From Octopus sinensis (lineage: Eukaryota), in assembly GCF_006345805.1 (NCBI RefSeq), contig NC_043006.1, positions 69,440,001 to 69,504,000 of the forward strand: a DNA stretch of 64,000 nt. The letters run 5' to 3'. The position numbers and the translations under genes were made by a program. The notes under the pieces were generated by a model. The model made no database searches. It was not told where the DNA came from and saw only the letters and a program-made list of their open reading frames with translations. Positions 40,190-52,089 of this stretch are shown in pieces; the first letter of the stretch is position 1, and every line of letters starts with the position of its first letter.

Positions 40190-41520
40190 ATGTAGGCCAC
40201 GGCGGAATTTGAACTTAGAATGCAAAGTGCTGCAACTTTCTTGTAGTTCCGGCATTCCGCCACCTGGATTAGTACTCTTTTATTGACCGTAAAAGGATTG
40301 AAAGCAAAGTTCACCTCGGCAGTATTCGAACTCAGGTTGCCGAGAGTTGGAACAAATTCCTCGAGGTATTCTATCCTATGCCCTAACGCCTCTGTTAGTC
40401 CGCCTTCTTCTGAAATATGGTTGAATCAGTTTGACAAAGCTCAAACCACGTCTATACACTTTCTTGCCTCTAACTAAACTTTATGGAGGTCGATACTCCG
40501 ACCGGACACTAAGTGTAATGGGCTTCTGATTGGGAGTGGTACGCTGATATTGCTATTCAGCCACAGGTCAGCCGCATTGATCTGGTCTGGATTCAAAACT
40601 GTCCCAACCGAAGCCGTATCATATCGTCTTTTGCGTTTTTGTGAATACAATATCCAATGTGTCCTTCTTTTTTAAAGAGCGTTGGATGTGATCTGAGAGA
40701 AATAAAGTTGCTATTTCTGACATGCAGAGCGAACGTGGAAGCTCCAGGAATTGCATGTACTGTTCGTAGATTGACTGTACTACTAGTAACAGGGTTCGAA
40801 CTATTTACGAAATAGCTACAGCCAGTGACTCTCATTCGACAACTAACATATATACCCATACCATACACACGCGCGGGCAAAATATAGAAAATAACAAGCC
40901 AACATGAGAGGTTCTACGAGGCCGTTCAACTAGTTAAAACCGTAACCAGACATAGAGACGCGTTGGCATACTATGGGAGCAGTAGTATGACCAAGAGGGA
41001 CATGCTTGGAATATGTCATCCTGGGTCCACTAGACCAGGGACGATCTGGGGCTGAAACAAAGCAACAACAACATAACACACAAAAAATAACCAAATTGAT
41101 GCGAAATAATAATGAATTTTAACATTAACACAAGTTTACACATTCTGGGAGACATCATTCTCTGTAAATTACTGGAATTTTACTTTATAAACCATAAAAG
41201 GGTGAAAGACAGGGTTTGAACTCAGAACGTAGAGTCGGAAGAAATGTCGCAAGTAATTTTTTTCTGATACTCTGACGATTCTGCTTGTCCACCAGCATAA
41301 AAATAATAATTCTTTCTACAGTAGGCACAAGGCCTCAATTTTTCTTTAGAGAGGGCGGTAAGCCGAATACATCGGCCTCAGTATTCAACTGTATCTACCC
41401 CAAAAGGATGGAAGGCAAAGTCGACCTCAGCAGAATTTTAGCCCAGAATGTAAAGACGGACGAAATGCCGCTAAGCATTTGTCCGGCTTGGTAACTGTTC
41501 TACCAGCTCGCCGTCTCAGT
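40190..41520 (-). mobile_element. Scattered SINE family A copies (~40190-40400 decayed, ~41180-41285 partial, 41310-41520 near full)
   Basis: GGCGGAATTTGAACT and GATGGAAGGCAAAGTCGACCTCAGCAGAATT motifs; the intervening DNA is unassigned. Confidence 0.65.
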
Positions 41521-41556
41521 AGCAGTAGTAATAATAATAATAATAATAATAACAAC

Positions 41557-42105
41557 AATGCCCTGATGCAGTACCAGACAGTGGCTCTCATGGCTTTTAA
41601 TCTTAACTGATTGGAAGTGTACATTGTTTTGTCTCGGTATAAAAGATGGGCTACAGCAAATATTCTGCTTAATACCACAGATTTGTTTGTCAGTTGTTTG
41701 ACCTTAACCAGTTGAGCATGTCACTTAGTGGCTGACGATATGTGCATCTCTGATCACGAGCAGAAGTAGTGGGGGAGCATCATAGCCATGTGTTGAGAAG
41801 AATTCTTTGGGGTTCAGATAATTCACCTTCGGAAACATGGGTGTTTCGTTCAACATCCTAAACAACCCTTATTCAGGGATTTTTTGAGCGGGATGGGCTA
41901 CCCAACCTGAAGAAAATTCTAACTGGGCCCCAACCGCCAAGTCATGCGCTGTTAATCTTGATATGAGATCACCATGTCGCGCACATATGATTGTAATGCA
42001 CGTGCCTGGTGTACACTAATCATACGGGTAGTCATGATGGGTATACTGGGCTTCGTATATTTGTGCCCCAGGGTCATTTTGATGGCATGCACTGCTCTCT
42101 CACTC
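41557..42105 (-). mobile_element. ~550-bp interspersed repeat, probably a non-LTR retroelement 3' end, flanked by (AAT)n
   Basis: A complex sequence sharply bounded by triplet tracts; on the minus strand it ends CTGGTACTGCATCAGGGCATT followed by ATT-rich repeats. The family identity is from recall only. Confidence 0.5.
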
Positions 42106-42135
42106 AATAATAATAATAATGAAAAAGGCTTTTAC

Positions 42136-42369
42136 CTGGATGAAGTTCCAAAAGCTGTAGCCATAGCTTGAAAGATACCAGCAATGAATTTGTAAGGGTT
42201 CTTCCGAACACATAGGAAATAGAGGGCCGGAAGAATACAAGCTCCATGTACTGCAAGACCACACAGAACTGTAATGAAGTAAAGACCAACCTTTCCCAGA
42301 AGAACCCCAAAATCTCTCATCTCCACAATTTTGGCAGCAATCAAGAATGTGATACCAAGTGGGGAATAC
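42136..42369 (-). CDS. SLC1A: EAAT exon, TM6 to HP1: [77 protein letters not shown]
   Basis: Acceptor TTTCCTTTCAG|G and donor AG|GTAAAA. The exon is 234 nt, phase 2-2, with strong similarity to EAAT TM6/HP1. Confidence 0.97.
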
Positions 42370-42469
42370 CTGAAAGGAAAAGAAACAGAAATATTAGAGA
42401 AACAAATAATGGAATATTCACAGAGCTGCTTCTTCCCACATCACCGTACACTGGTGCCCAATGTCTGTA

Positions 42470-42830
42470 ACCTTTTCTACTCTAGGCACGAGGCTGGAAA
42501 ATTTGGGGAAGGGGGCCAGTCGATTAGATCGAACCTAGTACAATAACTGGTACTTAATTTATCGACCCAGAAAGGATGAAAGACAAAGTCGACCTCAGCG
42601 GAATTTGAACTCAGTAAAGACAGACGAAATACCTATTTCTTTACTACCCACAAGGAGCTAAACACAGAGAAGACAAACAAGGACAGACAAACGGATTAAA
42701 TCGATGAAATCGACCCCAGGATGAAAAGCAAGTCGACCTCGGCAGAATTTGAACTCAGAAAGTAGCGGCAGACGAAATATTGCTGAGCATTTCACCCGGC
42801 GTGCTAACGTTTCTGCCAGCTCGCCGCCTT
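42470..42830 (-). mobile_element. Dimeric SINE family A, ~100 bp from the EAAT acceptor
   Basis: Linker present. Degenerate 15-bp TSD TGC(C/T)CAATGTCT(G/A)TA at 42455-42469 and 42832-42846. Confidence 0.88.
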
Positions 42831-44349
42831 ATGCTCAATGTCTATATTTCTCTCTTCTTTCAAATCATGGAATCAATTTATACTTTTTACATTCGTATAA
42901 AAAAAATTATGTAGTGTTTGGTTATATTTCGTTCTACTAAGTATTTTTATAACTATTTCTGTTACCTATGAAACAGCTAATACTATTATATGGCTAGTAA
43001 TATCATTACTCTAACTACCAATACTAACCACTGTAACCAATCTAGTAACTAGTATACCTATTACCAATATTAATTACTATAGACATCGCCAATACTAGTA
43101 ACTATAACTATTAACTCTAATTATTATAATCTCACCAATACTAACTACTGTAACCGCTAATACTAACTATTATAACCATCTTTACTAACCGTTATAATTA
43201 ACATCGATACTGAAAACTATAACCCCCTATACTAACAACTAAAAACATCCAACTATGTACTTGACTGTAATTTTACTTTACTCGAGCAGCGCTATTACAC
43301 ATCAGTACATAGACTCTCCACCGTTTGCATATATTCGTCAGACCAGCGATTCCAATTCGTTTCGATGTGAGCGAGATATCGATATCCATCATTCTCGTTC
43401 ACCTCCGAGATGAGCTGTCTCGCCTGGTTAGAGAAATTCAATATCATTTGGGTGTTTTTATAATACGCGGCGGTTTAAAAACGGGCCTTCTCCCTGACGC
43501 CGTGCCGCAGCTGATAAGCGCATAAACAAAACACATACGTTAAACATACGTTATAATTAACACACACATACATGCATATATTGAGCAGAAGCTATAACGT
43601 GATTCTAGTGCCGAGAGTTACGTGAACTTCTCAAGTGATGAACGAAACTCTCGGCTATTGAGTCTGTTTCTTCTGCTAAATATTAATATAAACATATACA
43701 TACTCATGTCTTAACTTCTATTTCCTTGCATCATCACACACCCACACTTACACTGTGTATACTTGTCTCATTTACTGAATAAAACCTCTTCCACTCCATA
43801 CAAAAATGGAATTTTCAAATGCAACATTAAAAATAAGCAACAAAAGATTATTCTACTTTTTATGAATTCAGTTGGTTTTTATTGCTTCTGTCGTTTCTAA
43901 GATAACGGAGAGGACACTGACATAATAAATCAAGCAAACAAACCAGAAAAAAACAATGGCAAGCAAGATTTTAGAAGCAGAGCATGTTGCTACATGCCAA
44001 CTAATGTGTTAAGTCAAAGGTGGTGACCATGCTGGGGCATCTGTTTTAGATTACCTCATCGAGACCCAGCGCTAATTTCAGTCTAAGATTTATTTTATCC
44101 ATCTCTAATTTCAAATGTTTCAGTTAAATCTTGGCGATAATGTTGGCCAAATGTCTTCTACACCTTTGAAATGATCAGTGTTTTTGAGGAATAGAATTTG
44201 GTCTCTTTCTCTTCCTCTCTATCTATCTCTCACACACATATACACGCATACACACACATGGATATATATATATATACATATATATATACATACACATAGA
44301 TATATGCATGTATATACATACATATAGATATATACATGCACATATATAC

Positions 44350-44404
<55 letters not shown>

Positions 44405-44405
<1 letters not shown>

Positions 44406-44655
44406 GCGCAAACTGCACGTGCGTTTTTCTCGCGTACGCGTAGTATCGATCGCAACAGCCGATGCACTTGCGCGTACAAATGCACGTTCCCACGGCTTTA
44501 TCGATCGCATTCTCACCCGGAATCGATTTTCAAGACTTATACACGCCCTGATACCGTCGGTATCTACATATCAAATTTGAGCGCAATCGGATTGAGAATG
44601 CCCGAGATCCTAGAAGGCACACAGACAGACAGACAGAACGGATTTTATATATAAA
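44405..44655 (+). mobile_element. Probable non-autonomous Helitron/HINE-like element
   Basis: A CpG-rich body, CAAATTTGAGCGCAATCGG, a (CAGA)n run and a TTTTATATATA end, which is the DINE-1/Lep1-like layout. Confidence 0.5.
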
Positions 44656-45264
44656 TATGCATGTATGTATGTATATATGTATGTATGTATGTATGAGCGT
44701 GTGTAGAGATAGAGAGAAAGGCGAGGGGTGGGGAGAGAGAACTGTGGATCTTTATTTCCCTGTATGTATATATATATATATAACCTGATTTGTTTTCCTC
44801 GCATCACTTATCGTTGCATCATTCTGTGCAATATTCAAAAATATGATTATTCTCCAACTCTTTGAATTCTTTGTTAACGTTACAACACTAAAATGATTAT
44901 CTCGTTGCGCCTACAACTTCTTCGCCTGTACAATGAATATTTAATAAACCTCAGATACTGATTCCGAATGTTGTACTCTTTGGTGTATAATCTGAATCAC
45001 AATGCAGCAGTAGTAGTAGTAGTAGTAGTATGGTGCAAAGATTTTAGTTGACTTCGTTTATATTGGAGGGGAATATGTAAATATTTCTACCGCTGACGGT
45101 ATGTATAGTAAGCCAGCGACACTAAAAAATACGCTACATTATTAATTGGTTGATGAATGGTGAAAACGTGTTTCAAGTGAACTGTGTTTTTAGCGGAAAC
45201 AGGAATTTGTGCAAGAATTATAAATATATAACGTATTCCAGACACAAATCGTAGATTTTATATT

Positions 45265-45601
45265 CTTTTTTACTCTAGGCACAAGGCCCGAAATTTTGGG
45301 GGAGAGTCCAGTCGATTAGATCGACCCCAGTACACAATTGGTACTTAATTTATCGACCCGGAAAGGATGAAAGGCAAAGTCGACCTCGGCAGAATTTGAA
45401 CTTAGAACGCAACGGCAAACGAAATACCTATTGCTTTACTACCCACAAGGGGCTAAACACAGAGAGGACAAACAAGGACAGACAAACAGATTAAGTCGAT
45501 TATATCGTCCCCAGTGCGTAATTGGTACTTTATTTAATCGACCCCGAAAGGAGGAAAGGCAAAGTCGACCTCGGCGGAATTCTACCAGCTCGCTGCCTTT
45601 T
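45265..45601 (-). mobile_element. Dimeric SINE family A with a 14-bp TSD
   Basis: Linker present; TSD GTAGATTTTATATT at 45251-45264 and 45602-45615; deletion in the head region. Confidence 0.9.
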
Positions 45602-45685
45602 GTAGATTTTATATTGCTACGTATAAGTTAACAATCTAACTGAGCTCTTCGTTGCATATTCGAAGAAATATTTGAATATATATAT

Positions 45686-45717
<32 letters not shown>

Positions 45718-45754
45718 ATATATATATATATCTACTTTATTTAAAGCAGCAGAA

Positions 45755-45803
45755 AATTCAACAAAACCTGTTACTCTGAGTTTCCCGTTGCCGTTCATCG
45801 GAC
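45755..45803 (-). other. Degenerate minimal hammerhead motif
   Basis: The minus strand reads GT CCGATGA ACG-GCAA-CGG GAAA CTCAGAGT A ACAG. It has a U4->C change in the core and a mismatch closing stem II. Confidence 0.5.
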
Positions 45804-45812
45804 CTTGAAACC

Positions 45813-46060
45813 AACCTGTCTTTTTGGCATTTTTCTGGGGTTTTTCTAAAAAAAGTGAAACTGGTCAAGTGAATAAGCATCTTTAAAATTGCATTTTCAA
45901 ACCTTCCTTCATATATGTTTCACATTTATGTGTTTACTCCGGTATATATATATACATATATGAAGGAAGGTTTGAAAATGCAATTTTAAAGATGTTTATT
46001 CACATGACCGGTTTCACTTTTTTAAGAAAAAAAAACAGAAAAATGCCAAAAAGACAGGTT
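45813..46060. repeat. Long inverted repeat (arms ~106 bp, loop ~35 nt); a third copy of the arm lies at ~46712-46793
   Basis: AACCTGTCTTTTTGGCATTTTTCTG...CCTTCCTTCATATATGT pairs with ACATATATGAAGGAAGG...CAGAAAAATGCCAAAAAGACAGGTT. Confidence 0.9.
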
Positions 46061-46482
46061 TGTAAATTCTTAAACATACCTCCTTCTGTATATATATATA
46101 TATATATATACATTTGCGTCAGAAATTAATTAGCACTTCTCAAATTTCTACATAAAATAGGTTAAATCAATTAACCTATGAGCTGTTCAAAACATCTTAC
46201 GCGATGAGAAAACTTAGTATGGTGTGATTTCGGTCCTTGCGAGGCGCTACCTATATCTATTAAACAAAGGAAGATGTCTGCATCCGCACTCCAAGTTGTT
46301 GCACTGCTATGTCAACATCATAAGGCTGTAGACTCTCAAACTGCTCTGCAAACAAAGTTACGTCATCGTTCTGCGCAACAGTGAACTCGCAACAAAGCAA
46401 TAGTTCGATATATGGCCACTAGGTGACAGCACATACCTTGAGTGAAGAGCAAATCAAGGGTGCTAATTAATTTCTGACGGTA

Positions 46483-46530
<48 letters not shown>

Positions 46531-46842
46531 TACCAAACAAACATGATTTATATTGAACTCCTAATACTTTTTTGTTGAATATATTCTTGTAAACTGTTTT
46601 TAACATTTTCTTAGTATTACCAAAGAATGTATAAATGTATTTTAATTCTTTTGTGACAATCAGTACTTAACACAACAAAGCTTATACAAAGCTTTACATT
46701 TTACTTTTGGCAACCTTTTTCTAAAAAAGTGAAACCGGTCATGTGAATAAATATCTTTAAAATTGCATTTTCAAACCTTCTTTCATATATATTTCCACTC
46801 GTACTGTATCTTACAACTTTACTTTGTTATATATATATATAA

Positions 46843-47997
46843 CTGGTGACTAAAGGCCTCTCGCTCAGAGTAAAAGGCAGACTGTATGATGCATGTGTAC
46901 GAACAGCCATGCTACATGGCAGTGAAACATGGGCCGTGACTGCTGAGGACATGCGTAAGCTCGTGAGGAATGAAGCCAGTATGCTCCGATGGATGTGTAA
47001 TGTCAGTGTACATACTCGACAGAGCATTAGTACCTCGAGAGAAATGTTGTACCTAAGAAGCATCAGTTGTGGTGTGCAAGAGAGACGATTGCGCTGGTAT
47101 GGTCATGTGGCGAGAATGGATGAAGATAGGTGTGTGAGAAAGTGCCAATCCCTAGCAGTTGAGGGAACCCGTCGAAGAGGTAGACCCAGGAAAACCTGGG
47201 ACGAGGTGGTGAAGCACGACCTTCGAACTTTAGGCCTCACTGAGGAAATGACCAGCGACCGAGACCTTTGGAAATATGCTGTACGTGAGAAGACCAGGCA
47301 GGACAAGTGAGCCCAGCCCACTTATGAATTCCTTTCCTCTCTTGGACACAAAGACCTGTTGAGGCAAGCGAAGTCGATATAGAACCTCATCCGATGACAG
47401 GCACCCATGCCAACCCCCTTTGCTTGCGAAGACATGTTGGGGCAAGCGAAAGCGAAATCGAAATCGAATTGAACCAGCCAGGATCCCTGGTCTGGTGGTA
47501 CGTAAAAAGCACTATCCGACTCGTGGCCGATGCCAGCGCCGCCTCCACTGGCTTCCGTGCCGGTGGCACGTAAAATACACCAATCCGACCGTACGACAGG
47601 CACCCATGCCAACCCCCTTTGCTGCGAAGACATGTTGGGGCAAGCGAAAGCGAATTGAACCAGCCAGGATCCCTGGTCTGGTGGTACGTAAAAAGCACTA
47701 TCCGACTCGTGCCGATGCCAGCGCCGCCTCGACTGGCTTCCGTGCCGGTGGCACATAAAATACACCAATCCGACCGTGGCCGTTGCCAGCCTCGTCTGGC
47801 ACCTGTGCAGGTGGCACGTAAAAAGCACCCACTACACTCACGGAGTGGTTGGCGTTAGGAAGGGCATCCAGCTGTAGAAACATTGCCAGATAAGACTGGA
47901 GCCTGGTGCAGCCTTCTGGCTTCCCAGATCCCCGGTCGAACCGTCCAACCCATGCTAGCATGGAGAACGGACGTTAAACGATGATGATGATGATGAT
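46843..47997 (+). mobile_element. 5'-truncated RTE-clade LINE: ORF2 C-terminus plus 3'UTR plus (GAT)n tail
   Basis: The ORF to 47310 has GSETW...RRLRWYGHVARMD...RGRPRKTW..V..D, typical of RTE. The tail is (GAT)6, and ATATATATAA occurs on both sides as a possible TSD. Confidence 0.92.
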
Positions 47998-48157
47998 ATA
48001 TATATAAGTAAAGCACTGGCACAGTTTAGGCTACCTGCTGTGTTTCGTAGTTGTGGTATACTTCCGTTGGATATATTTCAGGAACTTCGCAGTGGCAGTT
48101 AAGTTGATAGCATTGATTGATAGCAGGAGGTGGATTTCGTATTAAACTTTTATCAAT

Positions 48158-48200
48158 GTACCTGAAGAGATCCAGAATGATAGGTCGAAACATGTTGTAC
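48158..48200 (+). ncRNA. Minimal type I hammerhead ribozyme (Penelope-like type), apparently intact
   Basis: GTAC CTGAAGA GATC-(10-nt loop)-GGTC GAAA C-AT-GT T GTAC. It has the full core, a palindromic stem III ACATGT, and a GUU site with cleavage after 48196. It sits within a longer hairpin, 48131-48226. Confidence 0.72.
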
Positions 48201-48240
48201 CTAATAAAAGTCTAATACGAAATCCATTATCAATTGATGC

Positions 48241-48272
<32 letters not shown>

Positions 48273-48491
48273 TGTATATATATATGCATGTGTGTGTATG
48301 TGTGTGTGTATCTATGTAAGTATGTATGTATGTCTGTCTGTAAGTATGTATGTATGTATGTCTGTTTGTGTGTGTGTGTGTGTGCTTTGGAAAATTGAAT
48401 CTCGATGCACAAAAGTTATAAATGATAGCATCTAAATATTGGGCAGTCTTCGACTTTTTCTGTCTAGGAGAGTGCTTCAGTCTAGAAGGGT

Positions 48492-48616
<125 letters not shown>

Positions 48617-50233
48617 CCAAATTACATTCCTAAGAAACACTGATCATTTTCCCAATGTGTAGCGCAGCAGGAGTGAATTCAGAACTACATCGTCTTGAAA
48701 TAGACCTCGTGATCACACAACTATAATCTGGGCTTTTTATTTATATTATATAATATTATAATGCAAAAACATTTCATTTTCAATAAAAACATTCGAAGAA
48801 CCTCCAAAACTGAGCTAGACATCTGTGAATCAGGGACTTCACAAAAAAGTTCTACTTCTCTACGCCAGCAAACGCCTATCCTCTACATTTATCAACTATT
48901 TCTTCCACCATTATTTGGAAAAAGTGCAGTGAAATCTATGTCATACTGATGAGATCAAAGTAAGACTGAAACTTCTCCGAAGATGTCTACGGTATGTATC
49001 ACAAGAAAATGAAAATATTTCGTTGTTGTTTGTTCCTCGCCGCATAATCATTTTTAGTAAACCTTAGAAACTTATAATGTAGCACGTGTTATGTAATAAT
49101 AATCAAACCAACCAACCAGCCAAGCGATCACATATCCATTCGTCTATTCATCAATCTTTACACATCTCCAGTCGACCGACCAACTATTCACTCATTCATT
49201 CATTCATCCATCCATCCCTATACTTCTCCAGTCGATCAACCAACCACCCAACAACAAACACAGGCACTTTTGAAACTGACAATGGTGACAACTGAAGCGG
49301 AAACAACAGAGGTTTGCACTGGAAATGTCAGATATTGAAAACAATGTTTGCAGATGGAAAACTGATATTGTTTTTGTTGTTATCATTTCATTGTCTACAC
49401 ATTCCTCAAACAACAATCTCAGACCGACAACCACCAACGGCAAAATTCAACATCGTTATTGTAACAACGACGACAATGATGGTAGTAGTAGTAGTAGTAA
49501 TAATAATATTAATAATAATAATAATAATAATAGCAACAACTTTCATTGGCCACAAGGGCCCTAGACATCGAGTACTACATTTAAATAATAATGATAATAA
49601 TGTATTCTCTGGTATTAATAAATTATAATAAGAATAATAGCAATAAAGATAATTATTATTAATACTTAAATTATTAATAATATTCTAAAAAATGTAATAT
49701 TTAAAAAAAAATTTTTATAATTATTATAAACCCCCAGTGTATTTCAGTATCTGCCCCGCCATCTTTCACCTTTGTCAGGAAAGAAAGAAACCGTTAATGT
49801 CTGAGATCCCTCTGGCCTAGAAAATAATTATCATCATATTATTAATATTATTATTAAATAATAATAATAAGAAGGAGGTTTGACAGCAACAATAACGTTA
49901 TTCCTCTGATTGTGTGCGAATAAGCGAAGTGGAAGTCTTCACAATTCTATAATTGAAGAGCTGGTTAGCTATGTACGAAGGCAACAAAGAGTAACTTTAG
50001 CAATTTGAGTAGAATGAAAGGCTTGGAAGGTCGGTAATAACATTTGGATATGTTTAGGAAACGGAGTTATTTCAGGAAGTCTTTGAATCATAGATATCTA
50101 GTGGAGTATCGCGGGTTCTTCTTCGGTGGTTTCCGCCTCACACACTATCAATATGTGCATAGATGTGCACGTGTGGGTATATATATATGACACAGACACC
50201 ACGCTTACACAACACGCGCACTATATATATATA

Positions 50234-50264
<31 letters not shown>

Positions 50265-51019
50265 GTGGGAAGGGGCTGGTGACACAATCTTTTCATTCAC
50301 ACATTGAATTTGGTGATACTAGTTGCGGATTCTAGCTCGCTCTGATACGGAGTTGAGTTGGTGCCTTCTAGTATCTCAAAATTCAATATATAATCATTTA
50401 TGATTATAGTATTCTACGCTGAAGAGAAAAGAAGTTTTGGTAAGGTAGAATTATTTAATATTTAATTCTTATGCTTTCCTAAAAACTTGATTTCGAAACG
50501 TGCGTCCGTAGATAACTTAAAATTGTATGATAGATTGCCGTCAATTCATTCTCTCTTACCTGTTTGTGTCTGCCTTCCAATTGCTGTTTTTACTGAGATC
50601 TCCCTTTTTAGTAGAAGAAATAGCTATAACTCTTTGACTGCTATTTCTAAATTCGGTATGTGGTAAGGCAATTCGTTGCTAAACCCTTTATTGCTTAGTA
50701 TTACTTAAATTTTCCTCGAATGAGGCTTTTACATGCCGAAGACTACTTGGTGTAATTGATAATTATTCCAAATTAATTAATTTCACCCTTCATTATTACG
50801 GATATATATATATATATATATTTGCGTGCATCGCAAATTAGGTAGCAACTAGCAAAGTTCTCAGCGGAATTCGAAACGTCAAATATTTTATTCACACTCT
50901 CATTGCCTAACTTTTCCTTCATTATTTTTTGTTCGTTTTTCTTTTCGTTGTTTTTTTTCTTCTTACAACATCCTTCCTTCCGCCATTCCTTCCAGACTTG
51001 ACGTTTTCTTCCACTTTCT

Positions 51020-51132
51020 GTCTCTCTCTCTTTCTCTCTCCTCCCCTCTCTCTCTCTCCCTTGTTGCTTTACTCGATCTTAATTCCCTTTTCTCTCAACA
51101 TTTGTCTTTTTTTTTCATATTTCCTTTTTAAT

Positions 51133-51170
<38 letters not shown>

Positions 51171-51307
51171 ATCCCTTCACTCTTTTCGATTTTGTTTATA
51201 TTTTTTAAAGTTTTGTACCATCTATCTATCTATATAGATATATATATATATATATATATATTTATCTCTCTATTTATCTCTATCTAACTATCTCTCTATC
51301 TCCTCTC

Positions 51308-51360
<53 letters not shown>

Positions 51361-51470
51361 ATCCGTCTATTCCTCTATCTCTCTGACACTCAGTTATTTA
51401 CTAACGCTTTGTGCCTCTCTCTTTTTCTCTTTGCATCTCTCTCTCTCTCTCTTTCTCTCATTCACCGTTT
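51020..51470. repeat. (CT)n/(CTAT)n pyrimidine-rich tract
   Basis: Directly visible. Confidence 0.85.
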
Positions 51471-51556
51471 CTTTCAGACCCATTCGCTCTTCAATTATAA
51501 ACTAATAACAGTTCAGATTTACGAATTGATAAATAAATATATATAATATATATATA

Positions 51557-51604
<48 letters not shown>

Positions 51605-52089
51605 ATGGGTATGGATATATGTATGTATGTTAGTGTGTGTATACACAGTGCATACGAGGAGGTGTTTGGGAGAGGGTGTAGAGAATACAAGAGGTAGAGA
51701 GAACAATGGAAGAGAGACAGAGAGAGTGAGGGGAAATGATCGCTAATAAAGTTTCAATGATTGACTGCTACTGAATAAGAAGGATCATGGTGATAATAAT
51801 AATAATAATAATAATAATTGTATTCATAACGATACCCAATATTATCATAATAATTTTCTCCATTTTAATAAAATAACACTAATATTACCACTAACAACAA
51901 TAGTTACAATAAAGATGTTCGTCGACGTCATCGTCGTCACCATCTCGAAGTCTCTGATGACATTTTCGGTTCTTTTTTCTTTCCTTTTCTTTTCTCTCTC
52001 TCTCTCTCACTCTTTCTATATTTCTCTTGGCAATATCGATCGAAATAACTGTTCAATTGGAATGGTATTTCAGTAATGTCTTTCCTCAC

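Noticed and set aside
43605-43662. Short hairpin GCCGAGAGTT/AACTCTCGGC containing TGATGA-AC-GAAAC
   Set aside because: It has no C3, no stem II and no NUH site, so it cannot be called a hammerhead.
48940-48990. CTGATGA...GAAAC motif
   Set aside because: Stem II (GATC/GACT) does not pair and I found no stem I or III; it is probably chance or too decayed.
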